From the NCBI GenBank assembly GCA_963824995.1, contig CAWGRK010000009.1, positions 62,001-109,933 on the forward strand: a stretch of 47,933 nucleotides of DNA. The letters are read 5' to 3'. Under the pieces are notes generated by a model. The model saw nothing but the letters and a program-made list of their open reading frames with translations, did not search any database and was not told the origin of the DNA. This DNA is from an uncultured Actinomycetes bacterium. GTDB taxonomy: Bacteria; Actinomycetota; Acidimicrobiia; Spongiisociales; DATADW01. A program made the translations under genes and the position numbers. The stretch's first letter is position 1. Each line of letters begins with the position of its first letter. Below, piece after piece: positions 30,927 to 41,130 of the stretch.

Positions 30927-33265
30927 ATGTCCACCCGGGTGATGGTGGCCCCGCCCGTGCCCGTAGCGACCTCGAACCTGACCGGGGCCTGTTCGGCAAG
31001 AGCGGCGACGTGGGTGACGAAACCCACCGTCTTGCCCGTGGCGCCTATGTCTGCGATCACCGCCGCTACCACCTCGAGGGTCTCGGCATCGAGTGTCCCG
31101 AATCCCTCGTCGAGGAAGATGGACTCCAGCCTGTTCTGGTCGGAGGCTGCCAGTTCGACGATGTGGTCGGCCAGTGAGAGCGCCAGCGCCAGGGAGACGA
31201 GGAAGGTCTCACCCCCGGAGAGAGTGCGCACGCCGCGCCGCTCGCCGGCGGCGAAATGGTCAACCACCTCGAACCCGAGCGTGGAGTCGACGGCCAGCGC
31301 ATAGCGGCCGCGCGCCAATTCAACGAGTCTGCGGTTTGCCCCATCGGCGAGCAGTCGCATCGCCTCTTCGAGCAGCCAGCGCTCAAAGTGGTCGGCGCGG
31401 AGTTGGCGACCAACCTCACGGGCAACCACCGCTTCCTCTTGCTTACCGGTTCGCTCCGAACGGAGATCGGACACCTCGATCAGCGCCTCGGCGATCCGGT
31501 CGCGCTCCGCCACCGCAGCCGCTCTCGCTCCGGCAACTGCCACCCCGGGACGGAGGTTGCCCACCTCCACACCCGCGGCCCTGCACTGGTCGAGCACGGC
31601 GGACGCAAGTTCATCGAGTTGGACCCGGAGGGCGCCGAGCGCCTCGTCGGCCGCGTCCGCCTCGCGGAACAGTTCCGGTTTGCGCGTCTCGGCCCATGAG
31701 AGGAGCTGCTCCCATTGCCCGGGCACGTCCTCGAAGTCGATCGGCGGCGGGTCGAGTTCGGCCAGCGAACGCCAGGCGGCCTGTAGCTCGGCCCTTGCCT
31801 TGCGCTCTTTGGAGGTGTGCCGGTCTCGGCGGGTGGTGGCGGACTCGACTTCGGCGGTGGCACCGGCGCTGGCTTCCCGGCTGCTCCGCAACTCATCTTC
31901 GGCCGAGGCGACCGCAACCAGGGAGACCTCGATCTCCTCGTTAGAAGGGGCATCGGCTAACTCGTCCGCCAGCTTGTCTTTCCTGGCGACGAGTGTCTTG
32001 CTCTCCGCCTCGGCGGCGGCGTGGGCGAGGCCCGCCCGCCTGGCCCTATCTGCGGTCTGGTCTTTGCCGCGTCTCGCCTCCTCCAATTCGGCCGGCGGAG
32101 GCTCGTCGAGTAGTTCGTCGATAGGACGACGGCACACCGGGCACTCCTCGCCCACTGCCAGCCCCGACCGGAGGTGGGCGGCGGCGTGTGCCTGCTGAGC
32201 CTCTTCGAACAGCTGCGCAGCCGACTCGGCGGCCGCGGCGGCTTCCACCGCTTCGACTTCCGTCTCCTCCAAAACCGCAGAAGTCTTCTGGAGTAATTCC
32301 TCCAGATCGGAGAACTCGGTTCTCCGATCCCGCCATCGTTCCAGGATCGCCCGGGCTGGGAGGCCTGCCAGATCCGATTCCGCCCTTGCCAGACGAGACG
32401 ACGCCGTTTGTTGCTCGGCTTGCGCCGCCTCGAGCAAGGTGGCGGCCTCGGCCAGTTGCGCGGCGAGTTCCTCCAGACCGGACGGTGCGGCGAGTTTCTC
32501 GAGTACGCCGACCCGGCGGCGCTTGTCGGCGGCTGCTCGCTCTGCTTCGGCGCGGCGACCGGCCATGTCCTCGAGGACTTTGGTGCTCGACTCGACGCTT
32601 GTCGCAAGTTCCTCGAGCAGGCTCACCCGTGTTGCCGCCTGTTCCAGGTGCCTGGGTTCTACTTCACCGATCCGGGTCAGTCGGGCATCTATCTCCCCCA
32701 CTCGAGCCTCCGCCACCTCCTTGCGCACCGTCGCCAGTCGACCGACCTTCTCGTAGACCCCCAGATCGAGCAGGGCAACGAGCAGGTCCTGGCGGTCACC
32801 GGGCTTGTCGTGTAGGAACCGGGCGAACTCGCCCTGGGGAAGGAGGACGCACCGGCAGAACTGGTCGAAGCTGAGCCCGAGAAGTCCCGCGATCTCGGCG
32901 GTCACATCGGAGGGGCCCGAGGCAATCACCTCGTCTCCCGTCTCGAGCCGCGCTTCGGTCGTCGTGGCCTTCCCGGTCTTCGGATCGCGCTTCACGACTC
33001 TGGCCACCCGATACCCGGCGTCGGCGATGGTGAAATCGAGACGGATCTTCGCCTCGAGCAAACCCTGTGTCACCACCGCGGTGACTGCCTGCTTGCCGTG
33101 CCGCGGAACGGCGCCGTAGAGAGCGAAGAGGATGGCATCGAGCACCGACGTCTTCCCCGCACCGGTGGGCCCGGTCAGGGCGAACAACTCCGCACCTTCG
33201 AAATCGACCACCGTGGGAGCGGCGAAGGCGCTGAACCCCGTCATCTCGAGTCGCTGTGGTCGCAT
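30923..33265 (-). CDS. sbcC: SbcC/Rad50 SMC-family ATPase
   Basis: GPTGAGKT, LLPQGEF Q-loop, CPVC zinc hook, LSGGE, FLDEGFGTLD, VTH. Confidence 0.93.
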   Translation of the reverse strand: MRPQRLEMTGFSAFAAPTVVDFEGAELFALTGPTGAGKTSVLDAILFALYGAVPRHGKQAVTAVVTQGLLEAKIRLDFTIADAGYRVARVVKRDPKTGKATTTEARLETGDEVIASGPSDVTAEIAGLLGLSFDQFCRCVLLPQGEFARFLHDKPGDRQDLLVALLDLGVYEKVGRLATVRKEVAEARVGEIDARLTRIGEVEPRHLEQAATRVSLLEELATSVESSTKVLEDMAGRRAEAERAAADKRRRVGVLEKLAAPSGLEELAAQLAEAATLLEAAQAEQQTASSRLARAESDLAGLPARAILERWRDRRTEFSDLEELLQKTSAVLEETEVEAVEAAAAAESAAQLFEEAQQAHAAAHLRSGLAVGEECPVCRRPIDELLDEPPPAELEEARRGKDQTADRARRAGLAHAAAEAESKTLVARKDKLADELADAPSNEEIEVSLVAVASAEDELRSSREASAGATAEVESATTRRDRHTSKERKARAELQAAWRSLAELDPPPIDFEDVPGQWEQLLSWAETRKPELFREADAADEALGALRVQLDELASAVLDQCRAAGVEVGNLRPGVAVAGARAAAVAERDRIAEALIEVSDLRSERTGKQEEAVVAREVGRQLRADHFERWLLEEAMRLLADGANRRLVELARGRYALAVDSTLGFEVVDHFAAGERRGVRTLSGGETFLVSLALALSLADHIVELAASDQNRLESIFLDEGFGTLDAETLEVVAAVIADIGATGKTVGFVTHVAALAEQAPVRFEVATGTGGATITRVDI

Positions 33266-34410
33266 CAGATCCTGTCCGGCTCGTGGACCTCGGACAGGAG
33301 CTCATCGAACAGCCGGAGAAGTCGTGGGTCGTCGATTCGTCGGTGCTCGAGGTATTCCGAGAACAGGTCACGGGGAGTTCGACCGATTCGGCTCTGCCCC
33401 ACGGTGGGAGCCTCGACTCCCGATGACGGGCTGACCAGGACATCGATCGTCCCGGGGATCAGATTGCGCACCTCTTCGGCGAGCCCCGCCCTGCTCGGCT
33501 CGTCGAGCACGACCTGGATCCATGCGTCCCTGTGCGACGCTGCCTGCTCCGCCACCTGGTCGATGGTCCCGACGAGCTTGACCAGCTTGCGACCCGAAAC
33601 CAGGGGAACCTGTTCGACCTTGGCGGGGAGACCCGGCTCGACGTCCACAACGAGCAGGCCCTTGCTGTCTTGTGTCTCACCAAAATCGAGCTGAAGCGGG
33701 GAGCCTGAATACCACAGCGGTGCAGGACCGGGAACCCGCTGCATACGGTGGAGGTGACCGAGGGCCACGTACGAGACGTGGCCAGGGAACGCCAATGCGG
33801 GGACCGAGTACTCAAAGATGGTGTGAGCGGAACGCTCGCCGCCGCCGAGAACGCCGCCGTGGACCATCACATGTCCGACCACGAGGTTGACGGTCTCGGT
33901 AGTGAATCCCTCGCAGAGCAGTTCGATCACCGATCTCATCCGCTCGGCGTAGTCACCTCCATGACCGGCGGCAGCCTTCGTCATCAAGTCCTCGATCCGG
34001 ACGATCGCCCGTTGCGAGACGAAGGGGACCAACGCCACCCGCACCGGCAGTCCCGGTATCTCGATGACCCCGCCCGAGTCGGGACGCTCCAGGACGGCGC
34101 CGACCGCGACCCTGCCCAACTCGAGCAAAGGCGCCACCGCCTGCAGACGGCTTGGGTGGTCGTGGTTGCCGGCCACCATGACCACCGGCGCCACATTCGC
34201 CAGGTCGAGGAGAGCCCGGTACACGATCCTCTCCGCCTCTGGCGGCGGCGTGGCGGCGTCGAACAGGTCGCCGGCGACCAGCACCAGGTCCACTTTCCTG
34301 TCGGCGGCAACCCTTGCGATCTCACCGAGCACGTCCTGGTGCTCGCCGGCCCTGGAACGGCCCCGGATCGTCCTGCCTACATGCCAATCGGAGGTGTGGA
34401 GGATGCGCAC
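33265..34410 (-). CDS. sbcD: SbcD/Mre11 nuclease
   Basis: HTSDWH, GDLFD, GNHD, GH, ALGHLH, YSGSPL. Confidence 0.94.
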   Translation of the reverse strand: MRILHTSDWHVGRTIRGRSRAGEHQDVLGEIARVAADRKVDLVLVAGDLFDAATPPPEAERIVYRALLDLANVAPVVMVAGNHDHPSRLQAVAPLLELGRVAVGAVLERPDSGGVIEIPGLPVRVALVPFVSQRAIVRIEDLMTKAAAGHGGDYAERMRSVIELLCEGFTTETVNLVVGHVMVHGGVLGGGERSAHTIFEYSVPALAFPGHVSYVALGHLHRMQRVPGPAPLWYSGSPLQLDFGETQDSKGLLVVDVEPGLPAKVEQVPLVSGRKLVKLVGTIDQVAEQAASHRDAWIQVVLDEPSRAGLAEEVRNLIPGTIDVLVSPSSGVEAPTVGQSRIGRTPRDLFSEYLEHRRIDDPRLLRLFDELLSEVHEPDRI

Positions 34411-34457
34411 TAGCCGGCGATCGTACCGGCGACCCCTCCCGTCGCCACTGGTCGAGA

Positions 34458-34510
34458 ACAGGGACAAGTCAGCTCGATGGATATCAGCTGTCCACTTATG
34501 TTGTCCCTGT
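34458..34510. repeat. 10-bp perfect inverted repeat enclosing an inner dyad
   Basis: ACAGGGACAA (34458-34467) / TTGTCCCTGT (34501-34510), with TGGATA-N5-TGTCCA inside. Confidence 0.75.
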
Positions 34511-34556
34511 ATAAGCTCCTTCTACCCGTCGGACGCTGAAAGGAAGGCGGCGCGCC

Positions 34557-36251
34557 CTACCCGGCGAGACCGTCGAAGGGGTCCCCCATGGGCTTGGTGT
34601 CTTTCGGCGGACCAGCCTCGGCGGCGCGTGTCGCCCAAGCGGGGAAAGGAAACTCGACGAGCAGCGGCACCGGCAACTCGGGCTGATTCACCAGCATCGT
34701 CCCCGGCTTCATGATGGTTGCCCTCTGCCGCTGGACTGCAGGGAGAAACCCGTACTCCTCGCGGCCGCCTTCGGCGGCGTCGAGCCGTCCCACCACCCGG
34801 ATCGACACGTTGGCCACGATCCGTCTCTCGACCTCGCTCGCCGTCTGTTGTGCCCCGACGAGGATCACTCCCAGCGATCGCCCCCTCTCCGCCACGTCGA
34901 GCAGCACCTCGGAGATGGGACTCGACCCCTCGCGGGGTGCATACTTGTTGAGCTCGTCGAGCACCAAGAAGAGGAGTTCGGCCGACTGGCCGGCCCTCTC
35001 CTTGTCCTCGAAGGCGCGACGCACGGTGACCCCCACCACGAATCGCTTGGCGCGGTCGTGGAGGTTGTGGAGGTCGACGACGGTCACCTGGTGACCCTCG
35101 AGCGAGACCCTGTTCTGCTCCGGGTTGGCGACGTCCGAACGTATGAGCCGCTCGACATGGCGGACAGCGCCCTGGAGCCGGCGCACGAACGCGTTGACCG
35201 TTCCCATGCCGATGGCCGGGCCGGCCCAATCGAAGCGCGTGGAATCGTCCTGCACCATCCGGGTGACCACATCCGCCAGTTGTCTGAAGGTGCGTACCGT
35301 CTCGCCCTCGATGCGGACACCGCCATCGCCGGTCGGCTGGGCGCGCCGCAGCTGTCCCATCACGTTGTAGATCACCGTCGTGTACTGAGCTCTGTCGTCC
35401 TCGGCATCGGCGAAGAGAAAGGGCAACAGGTCATCACGACAGAAGTCCTGCAGGGTCCAGAAGAAAGTGGTGACCCCGGTGTGACGCGAGGCAACGTCGG
35501 GTGCCGCCGTGGGGTCATCGTGACGGGCCGGCGCATATATGGCCACCGACCGGAAGGGCTCTGCGGGTAGACCGAGCAGGGCGTACCTGGCCCGCTGCTC
35601 ATCGTCGAGCTTGGTGTTCGCATGGTCGAGGAAGAGGAGATCCTCGCCCTTGACGTTGAACACGAGGGCCTTGGTGTTGACCGCCCTGTTCCCCAGGATC
35701 GATGAGGTGAACAGGGCGTGGAGGAGGAAGGTGGCGTAAGTCGTCTTGGTGGCGACACCCGAGATCCCGGAGATGTTCACATGGGCGCCGCGCCGGCCAT
35801 CGATGAACTCGAGGTTGGCATAGAGCGGTTCCCCTCCTCTCGAGAGCCCGATGGGGAGCCTCTCGACCATTTGGTCGAAGTACAGGGCCTGATCCCTCTC
35901 GAGGTCGCGGGCAATCCTCACCGGCTCGCCTGGTCGGGGCGGGACCAGGACCTCCGGCTCGAACCGGGTGGTCGATATTTGGGCGGCCTCGGCGACCTCG
36001 GCGGGGAGCAACCCATCCTCGATGAGGAAGACATCGGAGTCGAAGCGGGCACCCTCGTGCCGCGCTCTGACCTGCCCCACCGTCCCGAATATCCGGACAG
36101 TGCGCCCGTCGGGCAGTTGGCGCTCGAGGGCGACGACGTCGTCGAGTTGCAGGTACCTGCCAGGGGACACGCCCACCCAGAACTCGAGCGGGGTGGCGTC
36201 CTCGGTGCCAATGACCCGCCCGACCACGTCGTCGACTTCCACGTGCTCCAT
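34557..36251 (-). CDS. herA: HerA-family ATPase/DNA translocase
   Basis: N-terminal HAS-barrel-like beta region, variant Walker A GISGVATKT, Walker B LVLDELNK, ERGRSLG, AQQ. Confidence 0.85.
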   Translation of the reverse strand: MEHVEVDDVVGRVIGTEDATPLEFWVGVSPGRYLQLDDVVALERQLPDGRTVRIFGTVGQVRARHEGARFDSDVFLIEDGLLPAEVAEAAQISTTRFEPEVLVPPRPGEPVRIARDLERDQALYFDQMVERLPIGLSRGGEPLYANLEFIDGRRGAHVNISGISGVATKTTYATFLLHALFTSSILGNRAVNTKALVFNVKGEDLLFLDHANTKLDDEQRARYALLGLPAEPFRSVAIYAPARHDDPTAAPDVASRHTGVTTFFWTLQDFCRDDLLPFLFADAEDDRAQYTTVIYNVMGQLRRAQPTGDGGVRIEGETVRTFRQLADVVTRMVQDDSTRFDWAGPAIGMGTVNAFVRRLQGAVRHVERLIRSDVANPEQNRVSLEGHQVTVVDLHNLHDRAKRFVVGVTVRRAFEDKERAGQSAELLFLVLDELNKYAPREGSSPISEVLLDVAERGRSLGVILVGAQQTASEVERRIVANVSIRVVGRLDAAEGGREEYGFLPAVQRQRATIMKPGTMLVNQPELPVPLLVEFPFPAWATRAAEAGPPKDTKPMGDPFDGLAG

Positions 36252-36257
36252 CGGCGG

Positions 36258-36266
36258 AGGGTATCA
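36258..36266 (-). promoter_or_regulatory. Putative extended -10 (TGnTACCCT) for leaderless herA transcript
   Basis: TGA-TACCCT lies 6 nt before the ATG; no SD sequence. Confidence 0.5.
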
Positions 36267-36313
36267 ACCGCAGGTCGGCGGACCCCGGTCGGCCTTCTAG
36301 CCTCGCGGCCACC

Positions 36314-36760
36314 GTGGAAGGGAAGGCAAACGTGGGCTGGCTTGTGATGCTGGCGGTGGCCGGGGGCCTGGCGGTGACGCTCCAGGCCCAGTTCATGGGT
36401 GTCATGACAGATCGGCTCGGCGCGATCGAGAGCATCTTCATCACTTATGGAACAGGTGGCGTTGCCATCGGCCTGGTGATGCTGGCGACGCGAGGGGGCA
36501 ACCTGGCCGCCTGGACTTCTGTCCCCTGGTATGTCCTCACTTCGGGGCTACTCGGGCTGCTGATCGTCGGAGCAATCGGGTACACCGTCCCCCGACTCGG
36601 TCTGGTCGCCGCCCTCAGCCTGCTGATCCTTGCCCAGTTCGCCATGGCCAGCGTGGTCGACCACTTCGGCCTGTTCGGTGCCGAGGTGCGGCCTTTCGAT
36701 GCGGGCAGGGCGGTTGGACTCGCCGCTGTCCTGATCGGGTCGTGGCTCGTGCTGCGATGA
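36314..36760 (+). CDS. DMT family transporter (YdcZ/DUF606-like)
   Basis: AG...LQA, PWY.L.SGLLG, AQ...ASVVDHFGLFG. Confidence 0.88.
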   Translation: MEGKANVGWLVMLAVAGGLAVTLQAQFMGVMTDRLGAIESIFITYGTGGVAIGLVMLATRGGNLAAWTSVPWYVLTSGLLGLLIVGAIGYTVPRLGLVAALSLLILAQFAMASVVDHFGLFGAEVRPFDAGRAVGLAAVLIGSWLVLR

Positions 36761-36763
36761 CGC

Positions 36764-37906
36764 TCAGCGGGCGGGGACGATGCGCAGCACCTCCGAATCG
36801 GTTGTGAGGTAGACCTCGCCATCCCCGCCGATTCCCATCCCAAACACCGGCCCTACGATCCCGGCGCTTTCGGTCCAGTCCCGGTGATCGGTCGCCTCCC
36901 CGCCCTCAACCCGGAAGCTGCGCAGCCAGCCACCGCAGTAGTCGGAGTACAGATAGTGCCCGGTGAGCTCGGGGATGGCCGATCCCCGGTAGACCACGCC
37001 GCCGGTGATGGAACAGGTGCCCGCATCTCCGTGCGCCACCTCGAGCACAGGCATGGTGAGCCCGCTTGCGTCGCAATCGGTCGGGGGCTCATAGCAGTGG
37101 AGCCCTTCGGTGATCGGCCACCCGTAGTTGAGGCCCGGAGCGTTCGCTGGTGCCACGTCGATCTCCTCGAAAGCGTTCTGGCCGACATCACCGATATAGA
37201 TGAGCCCATCGTCGAACCAGAACCGCCACGGATTTCGCAGACCCATCGCCCATGTCTCGGGGGCACCGCCGTCATCGGCGAATGGGTTGTCGGGTGGGAT
37301 TGCGTACCCGTCGCCGCCGGCGACGTCGAGGCGGAGGATCTTGGCCAGCAGCGAGTCGGGATTCTGACCGTTCCCGAAGCGATCGCCACCTCCCCCACCG
37401 TCACCAAGGGCGAGGTACAACATTCCATCCGGGCCGAACAGCAGCATTCCCCCGTTGTGGTTGGGTGCCGGTTGCGATGCGTTGAGCAATGTCCCGACGG
37501 GGTCGGGAGCAGCCACGTCGCGGTCGTCGGACACCCGGTACTCGGCGAGCACGGTGTCGCCATTGGTGTCGCTGTAGTGGACGAAGAAGCGTCCGTTTTC
37601 TGCGTATTCAGGGTGAAACGCCATCCCCAAGAGGCCCTGCTCAAACGAGGTGCGGATCTGCGACGAGATGTCGAGAAAGGGCATCTCCGCTATCCCGTTG
37701 TCATCCATTATCCAGATCCGACCGTCCTTGGTGACGATGAAGCTGCGCTCGTCGCCCGGGGCTGTGGTCACCAGGACCGGCTGGGCGAGACCCGACGCCA
37801 CCTCGTCGTATGCCAACCCAGACTGCGATGAGGAAGCGACGGTCGTCTGGTCGGCCGACGACACACAGCCGGCCAGCATCAGGAATAGGACAGCCGCCCG
37901 TCTCAT
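36764..37906 (-). CDS. PQQ-dependent sugar dehydrogenase (glucose/sorbosone family) lipoprotein
   Basis: Lipobox LAGC, EQGLLGMAFHP, NHNGG, GDGG, GLRNPWR, DVGQ..EEID, NYGWP. Confidence 0.9.
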   Translation of the reverse strand: MRRAAVLFLMLAGCVSSADQTTVASSSQSGLAYDEVASGLAQPVLVTTAPGDERSFIVTKDGRIWIMDDNGIAEMPFLDISSQIRTSFEQGLLGMAFHPEYAENGRFFVHYSDTNGDTVLAEYRVSDDRDVAAPDPVGTLLNASQPAPNHNGGMLLFGPDGMLYLALGDGGGGGDRFGNGQNPDSLLAKILRLDVAGGDGYAIPPDNPFADDGGAPETWAMGLRNPWRFWFDDGLIYIGDVGQNAFEEIDVAPANAPGLNYGWPITEGLHCYEPPTDCDASGLTMPVLEVAHGDAGTCSITGGVVYRGSAIPELTGHYLYSDYCGGWLRSFRVEGGEATDHRDWTESAGIVGPVFGMGIGGDGEVYLTTDSEVLRIVPAR

Positions 37907-38014
37907 CCCCAGCGAGGGTATTTGGGTCCTCGTCCTACCTGGTGGTGCCGAGCGGCATGTCCGGTTTAGCCTGACCTCCTCATGGGGAGCGGCGGCCCGG
38001 AACACCCGGGCGTG

Positions 38015-39355
38015 ATGCGCAACGACCGCCGGACCATCTTCGGCTGGGCGATGTACGACTGGGCGAATTCGGCGTACACGACCACGACACTGGCGGTCAT
38101 CCTGCCTGCTCTGTTCGCATCCGAGATCGTCCCGGAAGGCGGAACGAGCCTCTTCGGGCGCACCTTCGACGCCGAGTCGCTCTTCAGTCTGCTCGTGGCG
38201 TTCACCGCCCTCGTCGCCTTCGTCCTCTCGCCGGTGCTCGGCGCCATCGGCGACTACAGCGCCTCGAAGAGGAGATTCCTCCAGATCTTCGCCTATGCCG
38301 GGGCGCTGCTTTCCCTGCTCTTCTTCTTCATGCGCTCCGGCGATGTGGCGCTCACCATGGCCCTGTTCCTTGTTACCGAGACCTGTTGGGCGATCGCCGC
38401 CGTTTTCTACGACAGCTATCTCCCCCACATCTCCACCACCGACACCATCGACCGTGTGTCGTCGCGGGGATTCGCCTTCGGCTATCTCGGGGGTGGCCTC
38501 CAGTTCGCCCTCTCGCTCGCCCTGATCCAATTGGCCCCGTCGATCGGGATCGACGACGGGTTGGCCGCCCGGCTGGCGATGGTCATGGCCGGGTTGTGGT
38601 GGCTGGGCTTCGGCATCTTCGCCATCGCCCGTCTCAGAGAGCCAACCGCCGCCGATCCGACGACCACCACGAAGGGCTTCTTCGAGTACGTCCGGTTGGG
38701 CTTCTCCAGAACGTGGCAGACCGCCCGGAGACTCGGGGGCTTTCCCCACCTGCTGCTCTTCCTGGTGGCCTTCTTCGCCTACAACGACGGGGTGCAGACG
38801 ATCATCGCCATCTCCAGCGTCTACGCCACCGAGACCCTGGGGCTTGCCGTGGGCCAGGTGGCGATCGCCTTCCTGGTTGTACAGGTCGTCGCCTTCGCCG
38901 GAGCGCTGCTTTTCGGCCGGCTCGCAGTCTGGATCGGGGTGAAGCGCGCCATCCTCGTCTCGCTGGTGCTCTGGACCGGTCTTGCCGTCTTCGGATATCG
39001 GCTCCCAGACGCCGACTTTGTCGCTTTCCTGACACTTGCCGGGTCGGTGGGTCTCGTCCTGGGCGGCACCCAGGCACTGAGCCGGAGCCTCTACGGATCG
39101 ATGATCCCAGAAGAGGCCTCGGCGGAGTTCTACGGCTTTTACTCCGTGTTCTCACGATTCTCCTCGATCTGGGGACCACTCACATTCGGCGTGGTCAACA
39201 CCATCACCGGCTCGTCGCGCACGGCCGTGCTGTCGTTGGTCGTTCTCTTCGTCATCGGGTTCGTGCTGCTTTCCCTGGTCAACGTCGAGAAGGCCAGGGC
39301 GTCCAAGGAACGTTGGGCATTCGTCGGTGATGAAGTGGAGACCGCCGAGGCCTGA
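38015..39355 (+). CDS. MFS transporter (UMF1/ATG22 family)
   Basis: WAMYDWANSAY, SSRGFAFGYLGG, YNDGVQT, QALSRS. Confidence 0.9.
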   Translation: MRNDRRTIFGWAMYDWANSAYTTTTLAVILPALFASEIVPEGGTSLFGRTFDAESLFSLLVAFTALVAFVLSPVLGAIGDYSASKRRFLQIFAYAGALLSLLFFFMRSGDVALTMALFLVTETCWAIAAVFYDSYLPHISTTDTIDRVSSRGFAFGYLGGGLQFALSLALIQLAPSIGIDDGLAARLAMVMAGLWWLGFGIFAIARLREPTAADPTTTTKGFFEYVRLGFSRTWQTARRLGGFPHLLLFLVAFFAYNDGVQTIIAISSVYATETLGLAVGQVAIAFLVVQVVAFAGALLFGRLAVWIGVKRAILVSLVLWTGLAVFGYRLPDADFVAFLTLAGSVGLVLGGTQALSRSLYGSMIPEEASAEFYGFYSVFSRFSSIWGPLTFGVVNTITGSSRTAVLSLVVLFVIGFVLLSLVNVEKARASKERWAFVGDEVETAEA

Positions 39356-39378
39356 CAGCACCCGACGGGGCGCCTCCT

Positions 39379-39384
39379 TACAAT
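39379..39384 (+). promoter_or_regulatory. Putative -10 element TACAAT for leaderless lapA-like gene
   Basis: Near-consensus hexamer 6 nt before ATG at 39391. Confidence 0.55.
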
Positions 39385-39390
39385 GAGCCG

Positions 39391-39771
39391 ATGACTGATC
39401 GTCCCGACGACACGATGGGCACCGAGCTCCCACCCATGCCGCCACCGGAGGATGTCGTCGGCGAGCCTGCTTTTCCTTCATCGCAACCAGTCGTCGAGAA
39501 AGAGCCCATGGGCACGGGTCCGCGGTGGGGTCTGATTATCGGGATCGTCCTGGCGATACCACTGATTGTGTTCCTCGCACAGAACACCCAATCGGTGGAG
39601 ATCAACTTCATCAACTGGAGCGCTGAGGTCCCCCTCGTCTCGGTGCTGGCCGCGACCGTGGTGCTGACGGTTGTCATCACGGAGGTGATCGGTCTCTTCG
39701 TCCGGCGCCGACGCCGCAGGGTTTTGGCCGAGCGCGCCGAGTTGAGGCGCCTTCGCTCTTCCTCGGGCTGA
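39391..39771 (+). CDS. LapA/DUF1049 family membrane protein
   Basis: IVFLAQNTQSVEINF..W..EVPL, two TM segments, basic tail. Confidence 0.82.
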   Translation: MTDRPDDTMGTELPPMPPPEDVVGEPAFPSSQPVVEKEPMGTGPRWGLIIGIVLAIPLIVFLAQNTQSVEINFINWSAEVPLVSVLAATVVLTVVITEVIGLFVRRRRRRVLAERAELRRLRSSSG

Positions 39772-39778
39772 ACCGACG

Positions 39779-41130
39779 GTGGACCGACTCGTCGTCATCG
39801 GGGGGACGCCGCGGGTCTGTCTGCGGCGAGCCAAGCCCGGCGCCGGCGTCCCGAAGAAGACCTCGAGATAATCGCCTTCGAGCGTTCCCATTACGCCTCG
39901 TATTCGGCGTGTGGCGAGCCGTACTTCGTCGGTGGTTATGTGAAGAACCTCGACGACCTCATCGCCCGCACGCCCGAAGAGCACGCCAAGCGCGGCGTCG
40001 ACGTGCGGACGCGGCGCGATGTCAGGGCGATCGACCTCGACAAGCGCCAGGTCGAGGTGGTCGATCTCGATGGAGGAGGCTCGAGCCACGTCGGTTTCGA
40101 TCTGCTCATGGTCGCAACCGGGGCCCGCCCCGCCGATGGTGGGATCGAAGGTATGGAACTCGAGGGCGTGCACTCACTCCGGGTACTCGAAGATGCCGAG
40201 CGTCTGCGCGATGCCGTCGGCTCCGTGAAGCGGGCGGTGGTGGTGGGCGCGGGGTACATCGGGCTGGAGATGGCCGAAGTGCTACAGCGGTTGGACGTGA
40301 GCGTGACCGTCGTCACCTCGGCTTGGGTCATGGAGAAGACGCTCGATTCGGACATCGGCGAATTGATCGCCGAGAAGATGCGGGCCATGGGGATCGAGGT
40401 GATCACCGACACCCGGGTCAAGTGCGTCGAAGGCCGCGATGGCCGCGTCGCCAGCGTGGGTTGCGACGGCCTCGATCTGCCTGCCGACCTGGTGGTGGTT
40501 GGGTTGGGGACCGTCCCTGATGTCGCCCTGGCCGAGGAGGCTGGTATCCCGCTCGGCCCCACCGGCGCGATTTCGGTGGACGACCGGCAGCGTGCCGAAG
40601 TCGACGGGGTCTGGTCAGGTGGCGACTGCGCCGAGGCGATGCACCGGGTCAGCGGGCGTCCGGTCAACATTCATCTCGGGACGGTCGCCAACAAGCAGGG
40701 CCGAGTGGCTGGAATCGACATCGGTGGTGGCGATATCAGGTTCCCCGGTGTGCTCGGCACTGCGATCACCAGGGTGAACGAACTGGAGATAGCGCGCACC
40801 GGGTTGACCGAGCGGCAGGCGGCCGAAGGCGGGCTCGACGCTGTTTCCGCCACGGCAGAAGGAACCACCACCGCCGGATACTGGCCCGAAGCCTCCGAGA
40901 TGAAGATAAAGGTTGTGGCGGAGCGGGGGTCTGGCCGCCTGCTCGGAGCCCAGATCGTCGGTGGCCCCGGCGCCGGGAAGCGGATCGACGTGTTCGCCAC
41001 CGCCCTATGGAACGAGATGACGGCCGATGGTCTCGCCTGGACAGACCTCGCATATGCCCCGCCCTTCTCCGGGGTATGGGATCTGATCCATATCGCCGCC
41101 CGCGCCGGAGCCGAGGCGGCAGCTGGCTGA
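39779..41130 (+). CDS. CoA-disulfide reductase / NADH oxidase family flavoprotein; frameshift in G-run at 39800-39805
   Basis: Adding one G gives VVIGGDAAGLSAASQ; SYSACG redox Cys, ATGA, GAGYIG, DLAYAPPFS. Confidence 0.88.

Noticed and set aside
37907..38749. Long N-terminal extension on the PQQ dehydrogenase ORF
   Set aside because: Antisense to the MFS gene; the lipoprotein signal starts at 37906
39391..39771. LapA domain as evidence of LPS or an outer membrane
   Set aside because: DUF1049 proteins are common in monoderm bacteria
39779..39810. Programmed frameshift or phase variation at the G6 run
   Set aside because: Short run in a housekeeping-type enzyme, with many similar indels in the window; a sequencing error is simpler
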